Positions 51,050 through 60,157 of a stretch of 64,000 nt of DNA are shown here, one piece after another. The first letter of the stretch is position 1, and each line of letters begins with the position of its first letter. This stretch comes from Candidatus Wolfebacteria bacterium GW2011_GWB1_47_1 (GTDB lineage Bacteria; Patescibacteriota; Minisyncoccia; UBA6257; UBA9933), in contig CP011209.1 in assembly GCA_001029635.1 (NCBI GenBank), positions 484,970 through 548,969 on the forward strand. The letters run 5' to 3'. Made by a program: the position numbers and the translations under genes. Below the pieces are notes generated by a model, which saw only the letters and a program-made list of their open reading frames with translations, did no database searches and had not been told where the DNA came from.

Positions 51050-51478
51050 ATGGAACAGCAAGTAAAAAAATATGAAATCGGGTTTTTGGTAAGGGAAGAG
51101 TCCGAAGTCGACGAAATTAAGAATGCCCTCGCAGCCGTCAAGGCCGAGGTCGTCTCTGAAGGTCGATTAAAGAAGATTCGCTTATCCTATCCTATCTTAA
51201 AGGAAACAGTAGCCCATTTCGGTTATTACTGGTTCAACGCTGATACTCAGGCCATTAAGGTTATGGACGCGTCATTGCGCCTTAACTCTAAAGTGTTGCG
51301 ACATATTATTATCGCAGCGCCGGTCGAGCTCAACGAAGAACGAGTACCCGGAGTGCGTGGCGAAAAGACCGAGAAGACTCGAGAGCGTTCTGCTGAGAAG
51401 CCTGTAAAGAAATCTCCGGATTCCGATGCAGTTGACAATGCTGTGCTCGAGAAGACTCTCGAAGAGATTCTTAAATAA
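51050..51478 (+). CDS. rpsF: 30S ribosomal protein S6
   Basis: YEIGFLV, LSYPILK, LRLNSKVLRHII; rpsF-ssb-rpsR synteny. Confidence 0.93.
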   Translation: MEQQVKKYEIGFLVREESEVDEIKNALAAVKAEVVSEGRLKKIRLSYPILKETVAHFGYYWFNADTQAIKVMDASLRLNSKVLRHIIIAAPVELNEERVPGVRGEKTEKTRERSAEKPVKKSPDSDAVDNAVLEKTLEEILK

Positions 51479-51494
51479 TCACTAATCATACTCT

Positions 51495-51974
51495 ATGAAT
51501 CTCAATAAAGTATTCGTAGCAGGGCGCCTGACCGCAGATCCCATATTAAAGACTACGCCGCAAGGCCAGTCTGTTGCAACCTTTTCGATTGCAACCAACA
51601 GTATGTGGACCGACAAAAGCGGTGCTCGCAAAGAGGAAGTCGAATACCACAATATCGTGGTATGGGGAAGACAGGCGGAAACATCCTCGCAGTATCTTGC
51701 CAAAGGAGCGATCGCACTCGTCGAAGGACGATTGAAGACGCGCTCGTGGCAGAACCAACAAGGGCAGACCGTTAAGACCACCGAGATCATCGCAGACCGA
51801 GTAAACTTCGGACCGCGTGCAGGAGGAGGGGGAGGTATGGCACCGCGAGGAGCCGATCTCGACCAGCCAACACATGATGATTTTGGAGGAGGCTCGTCTT
51901 CGCTCGAAGAAGAAGCCCTTCCGCAGATCGATATCGACGAAGAGGATATCAAGCCGGAAGATCTTCCATTCTAA
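51495..51974 (+). CDS. ssb: Single-stranded DNA-binding protein
   Basis: NKVFVAGRLTADP, VEGRLKTRSW, acidic tail EDLPF. Confidence 0.98.
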   Translation: MNLNKVFVAGRLTADPILKTTPQGQSVATFSIATNSMWTDKSGARKEEVEYHNIVVWGRQAETSSQYLAKGAIALVEGRLKTRSWQNQQGQTVKTTEIIADRVNFGPRAGGGGGMAPRGADLDQPTHDDFGGGSSSLEEEALPQIDIDEEDIKPEDLPF

Positions 51975-52059
51975 TAGGAGTTGATACGTTTGCCGGTTCG
52001 CCGAACCAATGGCGACCAAACAACGTTCCATTACCAATCAACTAATACTAACTACTAAT

Positions 52060-52266
52060 ATGATCACCAAGCAATGCTTTTTCTGTTCTCAGAATTTGAA
52101 AACGATCGACTATAAAGAGGTCGATTTGCTGAAGCGCTTCATTTCGGGACAGGCTAAGATCATCGATCCGCGCCATACCGGAACCTGTGCAAAGCACCAG
52201 CGCATGATTGCGTCCGCTGTAAAGCGTTCACGCTTCATGGGGCTTCTTCCGTTCGTGAAGCGGTGA
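52060..52266 (+). CDS. rpsR: 30S ribosomal protein S18 (Zn-binding form)
   Basis: CFFC, IDYKEVDLLKRFIS, TGTCAKHQR, GLLPF. Confidence 0.97.
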   Translation: MITKQCFFCSQNLKTIDYKEVDLLKRFISGQAKIIDPRHTGTCAKHQRMIASAVKRSRFMGLLPFVKR

Positions 52267-52393
52267 GTCCAGATGAAAGCCGCCCAAAGGGCGGCTTTTT
52301 GTTGACATCTGATATGGGAATGGCAATACTACTAAATAGTTACTTTAACGCGCAGGGCTGTATAGTTGCAGGCGACATAAAAGGAGGTGTCCG

Positions 52394-52963
52394 ATGGTGC
52401 AAAGGATGATTGGGTTTCTTATAGTCGTTTTCTGTTTTGTGTTTAGTTTCTGCTCCACCTCGATCGCGGCACCTAGCCGTTGTACGGGGGCGATTAGTCG
52501 TATTACCGAGTTGCATAGCCTTGGCAATATTGGTGTTGCAAAGTTACTTGTCGATTCTGCTATTGGCGATCCCGTTTCGATTGGGTGTTCTCCGGGGCAA
52601 TATGCTCAGCTGCGTGCGTTGCGCGATAGTGTCTATCTGGAGTGCATTATAAAACAACTGGATGATGCACGCGCTGACGTACTTGAGCGCGATGATGGTC
52701 TTGCCGCGCTGGAAGGGATTCGAAAGGCTGTTTTTATGGCGCATGTAATCGATGTTTCTCTAGAGGGTATCAATAAGTTGTTCGGATTTGCGTACTTTGT
52801 CGCCGCTGCACAGACGCTCGAAATGGCGAATGAGGCAAAACACGAAGGAGATTTTGAGAACGCTGAATATTTGATCAGAAAGACCGTTGATTTCTTGGAG
52901 AAAGCACGCATGTTGGACGATCGCATCGATGCGATCATGCGGAACAACGGTTTAACAAAATGA
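52394..52963 (+). CDS. Secreted helical hypothetical protein (orphan)
   Basis: AAGGAGG SD, TTGACA promoter, signal peptide, terminator GGAGGGCA...TGCCCTCC. Confidence 0.7.
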   Translation: MVQRMIGFLIVVFCFVFSFCSTSIAAPSRCTGAISRITELHSLGNIGVAKLLVDSAIGDPVSIGCSPGQYAQLRALRDSVYLECIIKQLDDARADVLERDDGLAALEGIRKAVFMAHVIDVSLEGINKLFGFAYFVAAAQTLEMANEAKHEGDFENAEYLIRKTVDFLEKARMLDDRIDAIMRNNGLTK

Positions 52964-53052
52964 CGCTTAGTAGTGTCTGATCACAGGGGAGGGCAATATG
53001 CCCTCCCTATTTTTGAACAGGCTATACTATGCTATACTGGTATTTACGAACT

Positions 53053-53958
53053 ATGACACTGTATACCCATAAAGATGAAAATATCAGAAAGACCTGGCTA
53101 TTGTTTTCCGCATTTCTTATTGTGGTTATTGGCATAGGTTGGTTCTTTTCCTATCTCTATCAAAACTCTGTTATCCTGTATGGTGTGGTTGCGTTTGCCG
53201 TCTTTATGAACATCTTTTCCTACTGGTTTTCGGACAAGATTGTATTGTCTATGGCGCATGCTCAGCCGATCGAAAAGAAAGATAATCCCGATTTATACAA
53301 CCTAGTGGAGAATCTTTGCATCACTGCGGGGCTGCCTATGCCTCGCGTATATATCGTGCATGAGGAGCAACCAAATGCATTTGCGACCGGGCGTGATCCG
53401 AAGCATGCGGTCGTCGCTGTGACGCAGGGATTACTTGATCGACTCAATCGTTCTGAGCTTGAGGGTGTTATTGCACATGAACTTTCTCATGTTGGTAATC
53501 GCGATATGCTGCTTTCGACTGCTGTCGTGGTCCTCGTAGGCTTTATTTCAATTCTTTCTGACATGTTCATGCGGTCCGCATTATGGGGAAGCTTCTCGAA
53601 CCGCGACGATCGCGAAGGAGGGCAGGCGGGTACTGTCTTGCTTATTATTGGGATTGTTGTTTCCATTCTTGCTCCGATATCTGCTCAGCTAATGCATTTG
53701 GCCATTTCGCGCAAGCGTGAATTTCTTGCGGATGCTTCGGGAGCCTTGTTGACCCGATACCCCGAGGGTCTTGCGAGTGCGCTCGAAAAGATATCTCAAA
53801 GTACTACGCCGATGTCTGTCGCAAGTAGTACCACGGCCCATTTATGGCTCGATGACCCCTTCAAAGGAGCTCAGAAGACCAGTTGGTTGCATAAGATATT
53901 TATGACTCATCCACCCGCGGAAGATCGCATCGCCGTGTTGCGCGGTATGCACATTTGA
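53053..53958 (+). CDS. htpX: Zinc metalloprotease HtpX (M48)
   Basis: PNAFATGR, GVIAHELSHV, SRKREFLAD, THPP...RI. Confidence 0.95.
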   Translation: MTLYTHKDENIRKTWLLFSAFLIVVIGIGWFFSYLYQNSVILYGVVAFAVFMNIFSYWFSDKIVLSMAHAQPIEKKDNPDLYNLVENLCITAGLPMPRVYIVHEEQPNAFATGRDPKHAVVAVTQGLLDRLNRSELEGVIAHELSHVGNRDMLLSTAVVVLVGFISILSDMFMRSALWGSFSNRDDREGGQAGTVLLIIGIVVSILAPISAQLMHLAISRKREFLADASGALLTRYPEGLASALEKISQSTTPMSVASSTTAHLWLDDPFKGAQKTSWLHKIFMTHPPAEDRIAVLRGMHI

Positions 53959-54620
53959 TCCTCATGCAACATATGCAGCAGCACATCAACCAGTTAAAGA
54001 GTGATATCCGGCAGCTAAAGAAGCAGTTGTCGATTGTTGAGGCAGAGCGTACTAAATTTCAACGGATTGCCGAGCGGGATTTTTTGACCGATCTATACAA
54101 CCGGCATGGATTCATTCGTGAGGCGGATCGGTTTCTCTCTCAAATGAAATCAGATCGTAAGGCGGGACAGCGTCGCAAAGATGCTGTTGTGCGCAATATG
54201 GCAATCGTGTTTATTGACGTTGATGATTTAAAGGTGGTTAATGATGGATTGGGACATAAGAAAGGGGATAAATATCTGCAATTGGTCGGGCGTGCACTTT
54301 CTGCTACTGTTCGTACAATCGATATTGTCGGGCGATGGGGAGGGGATGAGTTCGTCGTCGCGCTAATCAATGTCACTAATGATGAAGCGCTTGCGATCGC
54401 GCGGAAGCTGCATCTAAAGATCGCTCGCATATCGCTTGGTAAAGGCGCTTCTGATTTTGTTGCCAGTGCCAGCTTCGGATTGATTTCCACTGATGGTTCG
54501 CGTCAGCATCCAAACTATGGACTACATGACCTGATTGAAAAAGCGGACAAGGCTATGTATGAAGCAAAAACGAAGAAAGGAAAAGGTGTTATCGTTTCCT
54601 TTTCTGAAATAACCGAGTAA
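53955..54620 (+). CDS. Stand-alone GGDEF diguanylate cyclase with N-terminal coiled coil
   Basis: DFLTDLYNR, FIDVDDLKVVNDGLGH..GD, GRWGGDEF, ADKAMYEAK. Confidence 0.93.
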   Translation: MILMQHMQQHINQLKSDIRQLKKQLSIVEAERTKFQRIAERDFLTDLYNRHGFIREADRFLSQMKSDRKAGQRRKDAVVRNMAIVFIDVDDLKVVNDGLGHKKGDKYLQLVGRALSATVRTIDIVGRWGGDEFVVALINVTNDEALAIARKLHLKIARISLGKGASDFVASASFGLISTDGSRQHPNYGLHDLIEKADKAMYEAKTKKGKGVIVSFSEITE

Positions 54621-54632
54621 ACTATATAGGAT

Positions 54633-54899
54633 ATGGCATTTTCATTATTCCGCGTGAAATACGTCCCCATCTATACGGTTTCCAATGCCAATCTCGCATG
54701 GATCATGCAGGATTATTTGTTGGGTAATGGCATTAGCGCAAATATCGAGGTTGAGCCGTGCGAATCCGGCAAGCGGATTTGCAATGCACTTCCCGCATAC
54801 AGTGTATGCGTACCGGGGAGCAGGGCAGATGAGGCGAAGCGACTTGCCGATGCATGCGAGGCGGTCAAGATCTCGGGATTTCTTTCTGCACAATTGTAA
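54633..54899 (+). CDS. Small protein, DUF2007/signal-transducing-like
   Basis: A.IMQDYLLGNGISA...VCVP....DEA pattern. Confidence 0.55.
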   Translation: MAFSLFRVKYVPIYTVSNANLAWIMQDYLLGNGISANIEVEPCESGKRICNALPAYSVCVPGSRADEAKRLADACEAVKISGFLSAQL

Positions 54900-54988
54900 C
54901 ACAAAGAACGACCTCTCGGGGGTCATTTTTTGTTGACAATATAAAATACTTGCTATATACTTGATTAGTCAAGTAAATAAACTTCACT

Positions 54989-55420
54989 ATGAAAACCCCT
55001 ATCAGTTCGTCATTACAATTTTTTTTAGATCTCGCCAAGTTACAGGCTATTATGAGTCGGCGTTTCGATCGAGGGCTTGGCGGTTTAGGTCTGAATGAAT
55101 TCATAATTCTTTTGCATCTTAGTCAGGCTCCCGAGACTAAAATGAGGCGCATTGATCTTGCCGAGAGGGTTGGTCTCACTGCATCGGGAGTTACGCGTAT
55201 TTTGCTCCCGATGGAAAAGATTGGTTTGATTTCCAAGGAGGTTAACGAATATGATGCGCGCGTCAGTTTGGTTATGCTTGCCCCAGGTGGTGCGCGTAAA
55301 CTTGAGGAGGGTCTGGAACGCGCCGAGTTGTTGTGCTCCGAACTTGCTTTCGGAGATCGCAGTAGAGAAATTGCCATGTTGGCTGAGATACTCGGCATCG
55401 CGGGAAGATCTGTTTTGTAA
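54989..55420 (+). CDS. MarR-family transcriptional regulator
   Basis: MRRIDLAERVGLTASGVTRILLPMEKIGLI...DAR. Confidence 0.9.
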   Translation: MKTPISSSLQFFLDLAKLQAIMSRRFDRGLGGLGLNEFIILLHLSQAPETKMRRIDLAERVGLTASGVTRILLPMEKIGLISKEVNEYDARVSLVMLAPGGARKLEEGLERAELLCSELAFGDRSREIAMLAEILGIAGRSVL

Positions 55421-55526
55421 ATAAAAAATCGGTTTGAAAGTTGCCAAAACCCTACATTTCCCTTACAATACGGGAGTATTTTGAACCTACATTGTTGGTT
55501 ATTGTTCGTGGGTTGCTGGTTAATTT

Positions 55527-55611
55527 GGAGGGTTCGCATAGTGGCCGATTGCGCTCGCTTGGAAAGCGGGTATACCGCAAGGTATCAAGAGTTCGAATCT
55601 CTTACCCTCCG
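55527..55611 (+). tRNA. tRNA-Ser(GGA)
   Basis: GGAGGGT/ACCCTCC-G acceptor; CTCGC-TTGGAAA-GCGGG anticodon arm; long variable arm ATACCGCAAGGTAT. Confidence 0.95.
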
Positions 55612-55664
55612 CTCGTTGGGAAATAAAGCCGTCGAGTTCCATAAAAATCGATACTATTTATCAT

Positions 55665-55916
55665 ATGGTCGAAAAAGGACTTGCTACCGGAACGGTACAT
55701 ACATTGCCGGATGATTTTCGGAAAGCGCTTATTGCAAATCCTGCGGCGCGCGCACTATGGGGAAATATTACACCGCTTGCTCGCAATGAGTGGATCTGTT
55801 GGGTTACGTCCGGTAAGAAGGCGGAGACAAGAAGTATTCGTATCAATAAGGCACTTTCAAAGCTGAAAGGTGGTATACGTAGGCCTTGTTGCTGGGCTGG
55901 CTGTATTCATCGGTAA
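55665..55916 (+). CDS. YdeI/OmpD-associated domain protein
   Basis: LPDDFRKAL...ITPLARNEWICWV..KKAETR..RI, RRPCCWAGCIHR. Confidence 0.85.
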   Translation: MVEKGLATGTVHTLPDDFRKALIANPAARALWGNITPLARNEWICWVTSGKKAETRSIRINKALSKLKGGIRRPCCWAGCIHR

Positions 55917-55977
55917 CATAAACATATACTAAATCCGCTCTTTACGGAGCGGTTTTAGTAGTGATACGATGCATTAT

Positions 55978-56685
55978 ATGAAAGTGCCGGGAAGTACATT
56001 TGATAAACAGGAGCAGCGACTACTGACGTTGTGGGCTGCTGATTGTGCCGATCGTGTTTTGAAGCGTTTTGAAATGGAATGCCCGGGCGACGGGCGGCCC
56101 CGCTGGGCGCTCGTCGTTGCGCGTGCGTGGGCGAAGAGCGATCTACCGATGCAGATGGCCGAGATTCGTTGCGCCGCACTTGCGGCTCATGCAGCGGCAC
56201 GGAGTGTCGAAAACGTTGTCGCACGGGCGGCTGCCCGCGCGGCAGGGCATGCGGTTGCGACGGTCCATGTCTCCGAACATGCGCGCGGTGCCGCCGATTA
56301 TGCGGTCAAGGCGATAGAGGCAAAGAATGTTCTCAAGGAGCGCGCATGGCAATATAGCCATCTCCCGATCAGTATTCGCGAGAAGATGTTTTATCATCTG
56401 GTCTATGCCACTGTGGCACATATTCCCAAAGGAAGAGTTGCTACGTATGGGCAGTTAGCAAAGCTGGCTGGGAATCCGCGTGGTGCGCGTGCCGTGGGGA
56501 TGGCGATGAAGCGCAACCCTAATATTAAAGGTGTGCCGTGTTATCGCGTGGTTACATCGGATGGTGCGTTGACCGGCTATGCGTTCGGTCGGGGGACTAC
56601 GACTAAAAAGAAATTACTGATGGGTGAGGGTGTGCAGTTCATCGGCGATCGAGTTGATCTACGGGTCTCAGGATGGAAAAAATAA
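55978..56685 (+). CDS. Imm5-like helical domain fused to an MGMT/alkyltransferase C-terminal domain
   Basis: WAADCADRVL..FE...PGDGRPR.A...AARAAGHAVATVH; then IPKGRVATYGQLA...ARAVG...PCYRVV. Confidence 0.8.
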   Translation: MKVPGSTFDKQEQRLLTLWAADCADRVLKRFEMECPGDGRPRWALVVARAWAKSDLPMQMAEIRCAALAAHAAARSVENVVARAAARAAGHAVATVHVSEHARGAADYAVKAIEAKNVLKERAWQYSHLPISIREKMFYHLVYATVAHIPKGRVATYGQLAKLAGNPRGARAVGMAMKRNPNIKGVPCYRVVTSDGALTGYAFGRGTTTKKKLLMGEGVQFIGDRVDLRVSGWKK

Positions 56686-56701
56686 GAATATAATAAATTA
56701 T

Positions 56702-57073
56702 ATGGAACACATGTCAGAACAAAAAAAGACGCTTGAGATAGCGAAGGAATTTCTTGGAAAGAACGTCCATGTCGTGTTCGATCGGCCGCTTGGATCCAAG
56801 CATCCGAAACATGGTTTTATATACGAGGTTAATTATGGATATATTCCCGGTATCATGGCCGCAGATGGAGAAGAGCTTGACGTCTATTTCTTGGGAATTG
56901 AAGATGCACTTGAACAGACTGATGGTACAGTGATCGCTATCATTCACCGCGAGGATGACGACGATGACAAACTAGTTGTCGTACCTCACGGAATCGAGAT
57001 CGATGACGAGGCGATTATGCAAGCAGTGGCATTTCAGGAGCAATATTTTAAGTCGAGTGTCATACGGAAATAA
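56702..57073 (+). CDS. Inorganic diphosphatase (short family I form)
   Basis: DRPLGS.HP...YEVNYGYIPG..AADGEELDVY...DDDDKLVV. Confidence 0.85.
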   Translation: MEHMSEQKKTLEIAKEFLGKNVHVVFDRPLGSKHPKHGFIYEVNYGYIPGIMAADGEELDVYFLGIEDALEQTDGTVIAIIHREDDDDDKLVVVPHGIEIDDEAIMQAVAFQEQYFKSSVIRK

Positions 57074-57111
57074 AAAAGGCCCTGCATCAGTGGGGCCTTG
57101 TCATTTATCTG

Positions 57112-57606
57112 TCAGTAGAGGGCGATTGTATCCCCGAGTTTGCGCGTATTGGGTTCGGTGCCACCATGGACACCGTTTAACTTTAGCAGGATGAGCCGCT
57201 CTGCAACTACGAAGAGTTGTTGTGGTTCGTCAATGAGTCTGCGCGCGAAAGGCCCATCACTCATGCGTCTTAGTTTGCTGTACAGCTGAAGCTCTTTTTT
57301 CTGGGGCAGGTATATGAATACTGCCATTTGGGACGTTCCGGCTTCTGATGTGTAAAAAACCATCGCCTTAACCCATTCCATCCATTCGAAGTGCCATTCC
57401 TGCGAGTATGTGCGTGGTTTTCCGTTCATTCTCTGGGTTGCTCTGGCATCTATTGGTATCTCGCATCTGTTCGATTTGTGCAATAACCTGTCTTGCACGG
57501 TGGTAGCAAAGATTCTCGGGCAGATCGCCCAGATTTTTTTTGCGTTTGCGATCTGACTCGGTTCGCAGTGGGCGATGGTGTGCCACATACCCGTCTGAAT
57601 TTCCAT
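57112..57606 (-). CDS. Hypothetical protein (orphan)
   Basis: AAGGAGG SD, upstream TTGACA, hairpin at ~57077-57098. Confidence 0.65.
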   Translation of the reverse strand: MEIQTGMWHTIAHCEPSQIANAKKIWAICPRIFATTVQDRLLHKSNRCEIPIDARATQRMNGKPRTYSQEWHFEWMEWVKAMVFYTSEAGTSQMAVFIYLPQKKELQLYSKLRRMSDGPFARRLIDEPQQLFVVAERLILLKLNGVHGGTEPNTRKLGDTIALY

Positions 57607-57776
57607 GAGCGAGCCTCCTTATCGTGTAAACATATTGTATGATTGGATCTGTATATAGGTTGCATCTTTCATTGTGTATTGTCAAATAGTATATAGGCTG
57701 GTAATTGACTCCTGCTTCCGTTTCTGGTATTTCTTGAATAGAATCTTACCGAAAGCAAACAAAAAAGGGGGTGTCT

Positions 57777-58223
57777 ATGTTACATCCGATCTGGAGGGAA
57801 ATAAACCCACAGGACAAAAAGCTGTATGGAGAGACTCGCGCTTTGGTGGAACTTATCCCGGATGACATTGGTCTTGGCTCAGACTACAACGGCAAACGCG
57901 TCGAGCTTTCATGTCATATCGTCGCGCGGGCATTCGCCAACGTTTTTTCGGATCATGTCCGGTGCGTCGACGGGTATTTTTCTGCAGGGTTCCCGCATTC
58001 GTGGCTGGAGACGGAAGACTTCGCGCTCATCGACACCTTCCCGGTGCAGATGATTGGGGGCCCGTTGTTGTTTTGGAAGCACCCGCTCTTTCACATGAAG
58101 GTTACTTACGCTCTTTATCAGGAGGAGCCTAGCGTTATGCACGGCGTGTACAAAAACGTTGGTAAGTGGCAGTTCGATCGAGCTGTCGGTATTCTTACGG
58201 ATCTTCTCATCGCACTCCATTAG
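57777..58223 (+). CDS. Hypothetical protein (orphan) with a C...H...D papain/transglutaminase-like pattern
   Basis: AGGGGG SD; LSCH...DGYF...HSWLE....IDTFP; terminator GCCCCGG...CCGGGGT. Confidence 0.6.
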   Translation: MLHPIWREINPQDKKLYGETRALVELIPDDIGLGSDYNGKRVELSCHIVARAFANVFSDHVRCVDGYFSAGFPHSWLETEDFALIDTFPVQMIGGPLLFWKHPLFHMKVTYALYQEEPSVMHGVYKNVGKWQFDRAVGILTDLLIALH

Positions 58224-58353
58224 TTTGCGAGCCCCGGAACCCCGGGGTTTTTTACTACCGTATTAGAAAACCCCGCACGATCCATTCGTCGTGGTAAGAG
58301 TAGATGATGGGAGTGTAAGGAGGACTCCGTTGTGCTATCATGGGTACACATTT

Positions 58354-60069
58354 ATGACCCAAGATGAGGCATTTGCAATCTTAAAGACCGGGACGAACGT
58401 ATTTTTGACGGGAGAGCCGGGGAGCGGTAAGTCGCATATGGTTAATCGCTATGTGGAGTATTTGCGATCTTGCGGGGTCGAGCCGTCGATCACGGCATCC
58501 ACGGGTATCGCCGCGACCCACATCGGCGGCATGACGCTGCATGCCTGGTGCGGCATCGGCGTGCGCACCCACCTTACCGATCACGACCTGGAATTGATGC
58601 TCGACAAGGATCGACTAGTCAAGCGACTTCGGGTCGCGCGCGTATTGATTATCGACGAAGTCTCGATGCTTTCGGGAGACACGCTCGCGCTCGTCGAGCA
58701 GGTTTGCCGGGTCCTGCGCGACTCGGCAGAGCCCTTTGGCGGCCTCCAGGTGGTCCTGGTTGGGGACTTTTTCCAGCTGCCACCCATTATGCCAAAAGCC
58801 GATTCGGAGCGCGTAAAAACAATTTCTCTCGACGGGGAAGACCAGTGGTCACCCTTCGCATTCATCGGTTCGGCATGGGCCAAGGCCGACCCGACCATCT
58901 GTTATCTGACGGAGCAACACCGCCAAGAAGATCCTGCTTTTTTGCAGGCGCTTTCGGCCATCCGCCGGGGCGAAGTGACCGACGCAGTGCGCGATTGCCT
59001 TAACGGGCGCTGTACTACGCCACCGTCCGAGGACGAATATACCAAGCTCTATGCGCATAATTTTGCGGTCGATCGGATCAACGATGCTTATCTGCGCAAG
59101 TTGCCTGGCGAGCAGCGTAATTTTGCCATGACGAGCTCGGGCATTACCGCGATCGTCGATGGTTTGAAGCGCGGATGTCTTTCGCCCGAAACGCTTTCGC
59201 TCAAGGTTGGAGCGAAGGTCATGTTCACGCGCAACAGTACCGAGGGCAAGTTCGTCAACGGGACCACGGGAGTGGTCTCCGGGTTTTCGCTTGTTACGGG
59301 CAATCCGCAGGTGACGTTGCATAATGGCAAGACGATCGAGGCAGAGCAGGGCGAATGGAGCATCTTCGACGGCATGAAGTGTTTGGGCATGATCAAGCAG
59401 ATCCCGTTGCGGCTTGCATGGGCGATCACGATTCATAAGAGTCAGGGGATGTCGCTCGATGCCGCGATCATCGACCTTTCGCAAGCGTTCGAATTCGGGC
59501 AGGGGTATGTTGCGTTGTCGCGTGTGCGCACGCTCGCTGGATTGTATCTGTTGGGGTATAACGAACGCGCACTCGAAGTGCATCCCGATGTGTTCGCGCA
59601 AGATATTCAGTTCCGTGCGGCATCCGAGCAGGCTCGTTACAACTTCGCCGCACTAGGTGAGGAGCAGATCGCGAATCTGCAATCCCAGTTCATCGATTCG
59701 ATCGGTGGTGCCGTAGGCATGGGCATGCAGGCGCCTGCGTCCAAAGTTTCGACCTACGATGCAACGGCCGAACTGGTGGCGCAACAGATGTCGATTGCTG
59801 AAATGGCAGAGCATCGCGGGGTGTCCGAGGGTACGCTCATTACGCATCTAGAAAAGCTTGTCGCCAGCGGTACGCTTAACCCCGAGCATGATCTGGAATA
59901 TCTTAAGCCCGAGCGCCGACGATTTGTGACCATGCAGGCCGCATTGGAGCAGACGTATAAAAAGAAGGGGAGTATGTTGCTATCTCCCGCCCAGGCAATG
60001 TTGGGGTCAGACTTTACCTTTGAGGAGCTGCGGGTTGTACGGTTGTTTTTGGGGAAATCCGAGGGATGA
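58354..60069 (+). CDS. PIF1-family DNA helicase with C-terminal HTH
   Basis: FLTGEPGSGKS, ASTGIAA, IIDEVSM, GDFFQLPP, QHRQ, LAWAITIHKSQG, QGYVALSR; C-terminal SIAEMAEHRGVSEGTLITHL. Confidence 0.93.
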   Translation: MTQDEAFAILKTGTNVFLTGEPGSGKSHMVNRYVEYLRSCGVEPSITASTGIAATHIGGMTLHAWCGIGVRTHLTDHDLELMLDKDRLVKRLRVARVLIIDEVSMLSGDTLALVEQVCRVLRDSAEPFGGLQVVLVGDFFQLPPIMPKADSERVKTISLDGEDQWSPFAFIGSAWAKADPTICYLTEQHRQEDPAFLQALSAIRRGEVTDAVRDCLNGRCTTPPSEDEYTKLYAHNFAVDRINDAYLRKLPGEQRNFAMTSSGITAIVDGLKRGCLSPETLSLKVGAKVMFTRNSTEGKFVNGTTGVVSGFSLVTGNPQVTLHNGKTIEAEQGEWSIFDGMKCLGMIKQIPLRLAWAITIHKSQGMSLDAAIIDLSQAFEFGQGYVALSRVRTLAGLYLLGYNERALEVHPDVFAQDIQFRAASEQARYNFAALGEEQIANLQSQFIDSIGGAVGMGMQAPASKVSTYDATAELVAQQMSIAEMAEHRGVSEGTLITHLEKLVASGTLNPEHDLEYLKPERRRFVTMQAALEQTYKKKGSMLLSPAQAMLGSDFTFEELRVVRLFLGKSEG

Positions 60070-60157
60070 AAAATGGTGACTGACTCCATTAATACTCTAT
60101 AATGATATTGAAGCTAGAATAATCGTTTTGGTTACTATTTTTTGATATAATTTATCT

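Noticed and set aside
11108-52989. Shared 12-mer TGATCACAGGGG at the 3' ends of two orphan genes (11108, 52978)
   Set aside because: Only two instances; 12-bp matches are expected by chance in 64 kb and other orphans lack it.
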